The notes beneath the pieces were generated by a model. That model did not search any database and was not told where the DNA came from. It saw only the letters and a program-made list of their open reading frames with translations. From NCBI GenBank assembly GCA_964433345.1, contig CAYSQJ010000004.1, positions 109,381 through 173,380 on the forward strand: DNA of 64,000 bases, in the 5' to 3' direction. Source of the DNA: an uncultured Bordetella sp. (GTDB lineage: Bacteria > Pseudomonadota > Gammaproteobacteria > Burkholderiales > SG8-41). Below, piece after piece: positions 57,039 through 64,000 of this stretch. Position 1 is the first letter of the stretch. Each line of letters starts with the position of its first letter. The translations under genes were made by a program, and so were the position numbers.

Positions 57039-57071
57039 AAATATCAATAAAATCAAATACTTATAATTTAT
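57036..57071 (-). repeat. AT-rich intergenic repeat, copy E (reverse)
   Basis: The plus strand reads TAAAAATATCAATAAAATCAAATACTTATAATTTAT and includes the trx TAA stop. Its reverse complement TATAAGTATTTGATTTTATTGATATTTTTA is the closest copy to the family consensus. It contains AATCAAATACTTA. Confidence 0.8.
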
Positions 57072-57099
57072 CTCGGCGACCTGCCGGGGGGGGGCGGCA

Positions 57100-58263
57100 A
57101 TGAGCACGCGCGGTTTCTGGATTGACCATTTTCCCGGCAATTTCCTGTGGTCGAATGCCGCGCTGGCCTGCAAGGGCATGGCGCCCTACGGCGTGGTGGC
57201 GATGGACGAGATCGACCGCATCGCCGAGAAGTTGAAAACGCGGCAGGGCGAACCCGAAGCATGGCAGCAGGAGTGGTGTGCAATGGCTGCGCAACTCGAG
57301 AAGACGGCCGATGCCGAAGCCGCGCGTGGCCGCGAGCGCACCGCGGGCAACTATTATCTGCGCGCCGGCAACTATTACTACACCGGGGAACGTTTCATTC
57401 CGCCGGGCGAAGCCAAGGTGGCTGTGGGGCGCAAGGCCTATCGCTGTTATCGCGAGGGCCTGACGCGGCGTCATCCCGAAATCGAATTCGTCGAAGTGCC
57501 GTATGAAGGAAAAACACTGCCCGCGCTGTTCATGAAGGCGCCGGGCGTCTCCTTGCGCGCGCCGACGGTGGTGATATTCAACGGCATGGACAACTGCAAG
57601 GAGATGAGCGTGATCTTTGCCGGGCTCGAATTCGCGAAGCGCGGCATGCACACGCTGGCGATCGACGGGCCGGGGCAGGGCGAGACGCTGCGTTTCCGCG
57701 GCATCCACAGCCGTTATGACTACGAAGTGCCGGGCAAGGCCGCCTACGACTATGTCGCACAGCGCGCCGACGTCGATCCGGCGCGGGTGGTGATCATGGG
57801 CTACAGCTTCGGCGGTTATTACTCGGCGCGCATCGCAGCCTTCGACAAGCGTTACGCCGCCGGCGTGGCGATGACCGCGCTGCATTGGGACCTCGCGGGC
57901 TGGCAACAGAAAATCAAGGAAAAGGCGCAGGCCGAGGGCAGCAAGATCGCGCAGTCGAATTTCCAGTTCCAGTGGGTGGTTGGCGCGCCGGACACCGACG
58001 GCAGCATCGAGATTGCGAAACGTTTCACGCTGAAGGATGTTGCCCACCAGATCACCATGCCATTCCTGGTGACCCACGGCGCCAACGACCGCGTGGTACC
58101 GGCAGAAAACGCGCAGAAACTGTACGATGCGCTGGGCTCTGCCAAAAAGACCCTGCGCGTGTTCACTGCCGAAGATGGAGGCGCGGAGCATGCCCATGTC
58201 GACAACCGCCAGGTCGGCGTCGATTTCGTCTCCGACTGGATAAGCGAGCATCTGCCGGGCTGA
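57100..58263 (+). CDS. Alpha/beta hydrolase (FrsA/DUF1100-like or C-C hydrolase-like)
   Basis: 387-aa ORF. Helical N-terminal domain, then an alpha/beta fold with nucleophile elbow GYSFGG and C-terminal HGANDRVVP. Confidence 0.7.
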   Translation: MSTRGFWIDHFPGNFLWSNAALACKGMAPYGVVAMDEIDRIAEKLKTRQGEPEAWQQEWCAMAAQLEKTADAEAARGRERTAGNYYLRAGNYYYTGERFIPPGEAKVAVGRKAYRCYREGLTRRHPEIEFVEVPYEGKTLPALFMKAPGVSLRAPTVVIFNGMDNCKEMSVIFAGLEFAKRGMHTLAIDGPGQGETLRFRGIHSRYDYEVPGKAAYDYVAQRADVDPARVVIMGYSFGGYYSARIAAFDKRYAAGVAMTALHWDLAGWQQKIKEKAQAEGSKIAQSNFQFQWVVGAPDTDGSIEIAKRFTLKDVAHQITMPFLVTHGANDRVVPAENAQKLYDALGSAKKTLRVFTAEDGGAEHAHVDNRQVGVDFVSDWISEHLPG

Positions 58264-58392
58264 AAACCGTGTTCCTTTCCGCGCGCGGCAGGCGTGTCGT
58301 GGACAGCTTGCACTGACAAGGCGTGCTCCTGCGCGCTAAACTTCGGCCTCCCGTTGTTGTCCGACTTCGGGTCTTTCCGGAATCAGGTTCCC

Positions 58393-59484
58393 ATGAAACG
58401 CATTGCCTACCTTGCGGCGGCTGTCGCCCTGCTGATTGCTGCCGGTTTTACCTGGCGTCATTACTCGAAACCCCAGCCGGCGCCTGCCGCGAAGCCCGCC
58501 GCGGGCCCGGCGCGCGCCCTGCCGGTGAAGGTGGCGGTCGTGCGCAGCGACACCGTGACCGACAGCCTGACCGCGGTGGGCACGCTGCTTGCCAACGAGT
58601 CGGTGATGATCCGCCCGGAGATCGACGGCCGCATCGAAGCCATTCATTTCAGGGAAGGCCAGCTGGTGCGCAAGGGCGACAGGCTGGTGTCGCTGGATGC
58701 CGCCGAGGTTGAGGCCCAGCTTGCGTCTGCGGTGGCCGCGGCCAGTCTCAACCGCAGCCGGCTGAAACGCTCCGAAGAACTGTTCCAGAAGAAATTCATC
58801 AGCGCCCAGGCGCTGGACGAGGCGCGCGAAAACCTCAACCAGACCAATGCGCGCGAGGCCGAAATCCGCGCCCGGCTGGCGAAGACCCTGATCCGCGCGC
58901 CTTTCGAGGGGGTTGCCGGCCTGCGCCAGGTCAGTCCCGGCGCCTATGCCAGGGCCGGCCAGGACATTGCGCGGCTGGAGGGCATAGGAACGCTGAAGCT
59001 GGATTTCCGTGTGCCGGAAACCTATCTGCGCCAGATCCGCAACGGACAATCGCTGACGGTCACGGTGGATGCCTATGCCGGTGAAAGTTTCAGCGGCGCG
59101 ATTTACGCCATCGAGCCGTCCGTCGACGAGGCCACGCGCACCGTGCTGCTGCGGGCGCGGCTGCCCAATCCGGGTGTGCGCCTGAAGCCGGGCATGTTCG
59201 CTCGGGTCAGCCTGGTGCTCGCGCAGCGTGAAAACGCGCTGCTGGTGCCCGAGCAGGCGATCGTGCCGCGCGGCGACGGGCAGTTCGTGTTTCGCGTGGT
59301 CGAAGGCAGGGCACGGCTGACGAAGGTCGAGACCGGCCTGCGCCGTCCCGGCGAGGTGGAGGTCACCAGCGGCCTCGAGGCAGGGCAGACCATAGTCGCC
59401 GACGGCCAGTTGAAACTGCAGGACGGTGCCGCGGTGAGCCTGCCCAAGCCCGGGCCGCAAACCCCGCCGCAGCCGGTGAAATAG
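58393..59484 (+). CDS. RND efflux periplasmic adaptor (membrane fusion protein)
   Basis: Start MKRIAYLAAAVALLIAAG inside ORF 58294-59484. Coiled-coil hairpin region and the beta-barrel motif IRAPFEGVAG. Confidence 0.85.
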   Translation: MKRIAYLAAAVALLIAAGFTWRHYSKPQPAPAAKPAAGPARALPVKVAVVRSDTVTDSLTAVGTLLANESVMIRPEIDGRIEAIHFREGQLVRKGDRLVSLDAAEVEAQLASAVAAASLNRSRLKRSEELFQKKFISAQALDEARENLNQTNAREAEIRARLAKTLIRAPFEGVAGLRQVSPGAYARAGQDIARLEGIGTLKLDFRVPETYLRQIRNGQSLTVTVDAYAGESFSGAIYAIEPSVDEATRTVLLRARLPNPGVRLKPGMFARVSLVLAQRENALLVPEQAIVPRGDGQFVFRVVEGRARLTKVETGLRRPGEVEVTSGLEAGQTIVADGQLKLQDGAAVSLPKPGPQTPPQPVK

Positions 59485-59486
59485 CG

Positions 59487-62400
59487 ATGGTGCTTCCGGA
59501 ACTTTCGGTGCGGCGTCCCGTGCTGGCCACGGTGATGAGCCTGCTGATCATCCTCGTCGGCATCATTTCATTCGAGCGGCTGACGGTTCGCGAATATCCG
59601 AAGATCGACTCCCCGGTGGTCTCGGTGCGCACGATCTATACCGGCGCCAGTCCGCAGGTCATCGAGTCGCAGGTCACGCAGCCGCTGGAGGACAGCATTT
59701 CCGGCATCGAGGGCGTGAAGACCATGAAATCGGTGAGCCGGGAGGAGGTCAGCCAGATCACCGTGGAGTTCACCAACGACCGCGACCCCGATCTTGCCGC
59801 CAACGACGTGCGCGACCGGGTATCGCGGGCCCGCGGGCGCATGCCCGACGAGGTTGACGAACCGATCATCTCCAAGGTCGAGGCTGATGCCCAGGCGATC
59901 ATGTGGCTGCGGCTGTTTTCGGACCAGCACGGTCCACTGGAGATTTCCGACTATGCCGACCGTTTTGTTGCCGACCGCCTGAAGACCCTGCCGGGCGTGG
60001 CCTCGGTGATCATCGGCGGCGAGCGGCGCTACGCAATGCGCATCTGGCTGGACCGCGAGCGCCTCGCCGCCTACGCGCTGACGCCCCAGGATGTGGAAGA
60101 GGCGCTGCGCCGCCAGAACATCGAGGTGCCCTCGGGGAGAATCGAGAGCAGCCAGCGTGAATTCACGGTGCTGTCGGAATCCGACCTGCGCACGCCGGCC
60201 CAGTTCAACCAGCTGATCATCCGCGAGGTCAAGGGTTACCCGGTGCGGCTTTCCGACATCGGACGCGCCGAGCTGGGCGCCGCCGACGACCGCAACATCC
60301 TGCGCGTCAACGGCAATCCGGCGGTCGGACTCGGCATCGTCAAGCAGTCGACCGCGAACACGCTGGCGGTGGCGCAGGCGGTCAAGACCGAAGTGCCGAA
60401 GATCGCCGGGGCACTGCCGCCGGGCATGCAGATCGCGGTCGCCTTCGACACCTCGATTTTCATCGAGAAGTCGATCACCTCGGTGTACACGGTGATGGCC
60501 GAGGCGTTGGTGCTGGTGGTGCTGGTGATTTTCCTTTTCCTGCGTTCGGTGCGGGCGACGCTGATCCCTTTTGTCACCATTCCGGTGTCGCTGATCGGGG
60601 CCTTTTTCCTGATCTGGATCATGGGCTTCTCGATCAACGTGCTGACGCTGCTGGGCATTGTGCTGGCGGTGGGACTGGTCGTCGACGATGCCATCGTCGT
60701 GCTCGAGAACATCCACCGCCACATCGAAAACGGCATGCGCCCCTTCGAGGCGGCGCTGAAGGGCGGACGCGAGATCGCCTTCGCCGTGGTGGCGATGACG
60801 GTGACTCTCGCCGCAGTGTTCGCGCCGCTGGCCTTCGCCACCGGCAATACCGGCCGTCTGTTCCTCGAGTTCGCGCTGACCGTTGCATCCGCGGTCGTGG
60901 TGTCCGGGTTCGTCGCGCTGACGCTGACGCCGATGATGTGCTCAAAACTGCTGCGGCATGAAGCCTCGCATGGCCGTGTCTACAACGCGCTGGAGCGTTT
61001 TTTCGAAGGCATGTCCTCGGGTTACGAGAGGCTGCTGCGTTTCTGTCTCGCGCGGCGCGGTGTGGTTGTGGTGCTGTTCCTGCTGGTCGCCGCGGGCGGT
61101 TCGGCGCTTTTCCTGTCTATCCGCTCCGAGCTGTCGCCACTGGAAGACCGCGGCTTCTTCATCGGCGTGATGTCGGCGCCGGAGGGGGCGACCAAGGAAT
61201 ACACCGACGACTACGCACGCATTTGGGAGGACATCTATGCCGACGTGCCGGAGATCACCTCCTATTTCGTTTCGGTCGCGCCCGGCCTCGAGCGCCCGAA
61301 TCCGGTCAACTTCGCGCTGTCCTTCGTGCGGCTGACGGACTGGAGTGAACGTGAGCGCAAGACGCAGCAGATCACCGCGTCGATCGCGCCGCAGATGTTC
61401 GCGCGGATGCCGGGCGTGCTGGCGTTTCCGGTGAATCCGCCGTCGCTGGGACAGAGTTTCCGCAATCCGCCAGTACAGTTCGTGGTGCAGGGGAATTCGT
61501 ACGAGGACCTGGACCGCAGGGTCAGCGCGCTGGTGGCGAAGGCACGGCAGTCGCCGGCCCTGGCCAATGTCGACAGCGACCTCAAGCTCAACAAGCCGCA
61601 GCTGACGGTGGACATCGACCGCGAGAAGGCGGCGGCGCTCGGCATCCAGGTCGAAACCATCGGCAGGACAATGGAAACCCTGCTCGGCGGACGCCAGGTC
61701 ACACGCTTCAAGCGCGAGGGCAAGCAGTACGATGTCATTGTCCGGCTCGAAGACAAGGATCGCCGCCAGCCGGCCGATCTGACCTCGATTTACGTGCGCG
61801 GCGCTTCCGGCGGCATCACCCAGCTGTCGAACCTGGTGAGCGTGCGCGAGACCGTGGCGCCCAAGGAGCTCAACCATTTCAACCGGCTGCGCGCCGCGAT
61901 CATCTCGGCGAACGTGACGCCGGGCTACTCGCTGTCCGAGGCGCTCGATGCAATGGAGGCTGCTGCTGCGGAAACGCTGACGCCGGAATACCAGACCACG
62001 CTGGACGGACAGTCGCGCGAATTCCGTGAGTCGGGTCAGCAGCTGTACCTGATTTTCGCGCTGGCGCTGGCTTTCATTTATCTCGTGCTTGCGGCGCAGT
62101 TCGAGAGCTTCCGTGGTCCGCTGGTGATCATGCTGACCGTCCCGCTGGCGGTGACCGGCGCGCTGCTGGCGATCAAGCTCACCGGCGGCACGCTCAACGT
62201 CTACAGCCAGATCGGTCTGGTGATGCTGATCGGGCTGATTACCAAGAACGGCATCCTGATCGTCGAGTTCACCAACCAGCTGCGCGACCAGGGGCGCGAG
62301 AAAATTGCGGCCCTGGTCGAGGCCTGTTCGCTGCGCCTGCGGCCGATCCTGATGACCACTGCAGCAACCGTGCTCGGTGCGGTGCCGCTGGCGATTGCCA

Positions 62401-62567
62401 CCGGCGCCGGGGCCGAGTCGCGTTCAGCGATCGGCTGGGTGGTTGTCGGCGGCATGAGCTTCGGCACCCTGTTCACGCTGTTCGTGGTGCCGGTGGCTTA
62501 CACCTTCATCGTCGGCGGGCGCAAGTCTGCGGACGGCGTGCAGCCGGCTGCCGCCGCGGCGCACTGA
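59487..62567 (+). CDS. RND efflux transporter permease (AcrB/HAE family)
   Basis: 1026-aa ORF. VRRPVLATVMSLLIILVG N-terminus, 12-TM two-repeat architecture, GLVVDDAIVVLENI motif. Confidence 0.9.
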   Translation: MVLPELSVRRPVLATVMSLLIILVGIISFERLTVREYPKIDSPVVSVRTIYTGASPQVIESQVTQPLEDSISGIEGVKTMKSVSREEVSQITVEFTNDRDPDLAANDVRDRVSRARGRMPDEVDEPIISKVEADAQAIMWLRLFSDQHGPLEISDYADRFVADRLKTLPGVASVIIGGERRYAMRIWLDRERLAAYALTPQDVEEALRRQNIEVPSGRIESSQREFTVLSESDLRTPAQFNQLIIREVKGYPVRLSDIGRAELGAADDRNILRVNGNPAVGLGIVKQSTANTLAVAQAVKTEVPKIAGALPPGMQIAVAFDTSIFIEKSITSVYTVMAEALVLVVLVIFLFLRSVRATLIPFVTIPVSLIGAFFLIWIMGFSINVLTLLGIVLAVGLVVDDAIVVLENIHRHIENGMRPFEAALKGGREIAFAVVAMTVTLAAVFAPLAFATGNTGRLFLEFALTVASAVVVSGFVALTLTPMMCSKLLRHEASHGRVYNALERFFEGMSSGYERLLRFCLARRGVVVVLFLLVAAGGSALFLSIRSELSPLEDRGFFIGVMSAPEGATKEYTDDYARIWEDIYADVPEITSYFVSVAPGLERPNPVNFALSFVRLTDWSERERKTQQITASIAPQMFARMPGVLAFPVNPPSLGQSFRNPPVQFVVQGNSYEDLDRRVSALVAKARQSPALANVDSDLKLNKPQLTVDIDREKAAALGIQVETIGRTMETLLGGRQVTRFKREGKQYDVIVRLEDKDRRQPADLTSIYVRGASGGITQLSNLVSVRETVAPKELNHFNRLRAAIISANVTPGYSLSEALDAMEAAAAETLTPEYQTTLDGQSREFRESGQQLYLIFALALAFIYLVLAAQFESFRGPLVIMLTVPLAVTGALLAIKLTGGTLNVYSQIGLVMLIGLITKNGILIVEFTNQLRDQGREKIAALVEACSLRLRPILMTTAATVLGAVPLAIATGAGAESRSAIGWVVVGGMSFGTLFTLFVVPVAYTFIVGGRKSADGVQPAAAAAH

Positions 62568-62571
62568 GCAG

Positions 62572-63489
62572 TCATTTCCCGTTGCCGCTTTCCAGCGCGC
62601 GGTCCAGCCAGCCGGGTACATAGACCTGCTCGACGAACCAGCGCAGCGCCTTGCCGCGGTGCGCGGTGCGCCAGGCCAGGTACAGCATCTGGCTCACCTT
62701 TGGCTCCTCGATGGTCTTTATCACCAGTTCGCCGCGCGCGATGGGTATCCCGGCAAGGCATTGCGGCAGATAACCCACGCCCAGGCCCATGACCTGAGCC
62801 CGCAGCTTGGCGGCGAGGTCCGGGACGGTCAGTGTGTCCTGTCCCGAGAGCAGACCGGTGGTGCGCGGCGGCAGGTTGCGCGAACTGTCTGCAACCGCCA
62901 CCGCGCGATGGGCGAGTATGTCCTCGCGTCGCAAGGGCTCGGGCAGTGCGGCCAGCGGATGCGCCGGCGCCACCGCGAATACCCAGTCGATTTCGCCCAA
63001 GGGCCGCGTCTGGTAGCCGCCGCCTGCAGGTCCTTCGCCTGAAGCGCCGATGGCGAGGTCGGCACGGCCGGAGGCCAGCGCGTCCCAGCAGCCGCCCAGT
63101 ACCTCTGCGGAGAAACGCAACCGGGTTTCGTTGTGAAGATCGTGGAAGTCGCGCGCGAGGTCGAGCATGGCCTGGCCCGGCAGCAGGCCGTCGTAGGCGA
63201 TGCGCAACTCGGATTCCCAGCCGGTCGCCACGCGTTTCACGCGTGCCTCGAGTTCGCCGGCCGCGCGCAGCAGGTGACGGCCTTCGGCCAGCAGTTCACG
63301 TCCCGCCGTGGTGAGCTTGGCGCGGTGGCCGCGGCGGTCGAACAGCGCCACGTCGAGGTCCTGCTCGAGTTTCTGCACCGTGTAGGTCAGCGCCGAAGGC
63401 ACGCGATGCAGTTCGTGCGCGGCGGCCGCGAAACTGCCCTTGCGATCTATGGCGTCGATGGCCAGCAGTGCGTCCAATGTCAGGCGCAT
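62572..63489 (-). CDS. LysR-family transcriptional regulator
   Basis: Start MRLTLDALLAIDAIDRKGSFAAAAHELHRVPSALTYTVQKLE inside ORF 62572-63516. Divergent from the pirin gene. Confidence 0.88.
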   Translation of the reverse strand: MRLTLDALLAIDAIDRKGSFAAAAHELHRVPSALTYTVQKLEQDLDVALFDRRGHRAKLTTAGRELLAEGRHLLRAAGELEARVKRVATGWESELRIAYDGLLPGQAMLDLARDFHDLHNETRLRFSAEVLGGCWDALASGRADLAIGASGEGPAGGGYQTRPLGEIDWVFAVAPAHPLAALPEPLRREDILAHRAVAVADSSRNLPPRTTGLLSGQDTLTVPDLAAKLRAQVMGLGVGYLPQCLAGIPIARGELVIKTIEEPKVSQMLYLAWRTAHRGKALRWFVEQVYVPGWLDRALESGNGK

Positions 63490-63681
63490 CTCGATTCCTT
63501 GCTGAATCAAAATCAATTAATTATTGCTAAATTTATCATAATTTATTGTTTTTTAACATAAATATTATTCATTAATTTTGACTTTTTTGGTCAAAATCTT
63601 CCGATTTCTTGTGCCGGAGCAGCGGCCTAGGATGCACTCCATCGCATCTCACGATGCATCGAACGGGAAAGGAGAAACGCC

Positions 63682-64000
63682 ATGCTGACCCTGCGCAAAA
63701 GCGAAGACCGCGGCCATGCCAACCACGGCTGGCTGGACTCGTACCACAGCTTTTCGTTTGCCGATTACTACGACCCCGAGCACATGGGTTACGGCCCGCT
63801 GCGGGTGATCAACGAGGACCGCGTGCAGGCCGGTGCCGGTTTCGGCACCCATGGCCACCGCGACATGGAAATCATCAGCTACGTGCTCGACGGCGCGCTG
63901 GCGCACCAGGACTCGATGGGCAACGGCTCGGCGATCGTGCCCGGCGACGTGCAGCGCATGAGCGCCGGCACCGGTGTGCGCCATTCCGAACACAACCACA
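63682..64000 (+). CDS. Pirin-family protein (partial, runs off the window end)
   Basis: My own translation from the ATG at 63682, which follows GGAGAAAC: [32 protein letters not shown]...[19 protein letters not shown]. This is the pirin N-terminal cupin signature. It is absent from the ORF track because no stop falls in the window. Confidence 0.8.
   Translation, partial: MLTLRKSEDRGHANHGWLDSYHSFSFADYYDPEHMGYGPLRVINEDRVQAGAGFGTHGHRDMEIISYVLDGALAHQDSMGNGSAIVPGDVQRMSAGTGVRHSEHNH

Overview
High-GC chromosomal segment, densely packed with about 60 supported protein-coding genes, many translationally coupled by ATGA or GTGA overlaps. I found no rRNA, tRNA, CRISPR array, transposase or integrase. 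The gene content (phasin, Pha/Mrp antiporters, TRAP and RND transporters, several GGDEF/EAL proteins) suggests a Betaproteobacterium of the Rhodocyclales/Burkholderiales type. That placement is inference only.

Layout:
- 1-8.7 kb: c-di-GMP turnover genes, an MFS transporter, and lutB-mmsA-lutC. mmsA is bracketed by GC-rich structured repeats.
- 8.7-22 kb: two divergently transcribed Mrp-type cation/proton antiporter clusters. One is a canonical 6-gene phaAB-C-D-E-F-G operon on the minus strand. The other is an atypical 10-gene cluster in the order E-F-G-DUF4040-B-C-D-D-small-D on the plus strand.
- 22-32 kb: a TRAP transporter followed by amidase, 2-hydroxyacid dehydrogenase, AEC permease, a tartronate-semialdehyde-reductase-like gene and a malyl-CoA-lyase-like gene.
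- 32-42 kb: phasin, HIT, an OmpR-type two-component system, Gfo/Idh/MocA, GntR, TauE, a sensor GGDEF protein and a quinone oxidoreductase.
- 42-50 kb: patatin lipoprotein, CoA-transferase, an SbtA-like permease with a PII-like partner, gluQ, adhC, relBE and selO.
- 50-56 kb: a putative phosphate-starvation block (plcP-like, btaB-like and btaA-like genes, then phoX with a Pho-box-like site).
- 56-64 kb: a thioredoxin preceded by a decayed 5-prime copy of itself, an alpha/beta hydrolase, an RND pump, LysR and a partial pirin gene.

The observations most worth follow-up are:
- a family of about 35-bp AT-rich intergenic repeats, each carrying an IHF-consensus-like core, with six clear copies, five of them hugging stop codons;
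- the Mbh-ordered Mrp-like cluster, which has three antiporter-like subunits and no redox arm;
- the lipid-remodelling/PhoX block;
- the thioredoxin-derived upstream ORF.

All functional calls come from reading the translated ORFs for family motifs. No database search was run.
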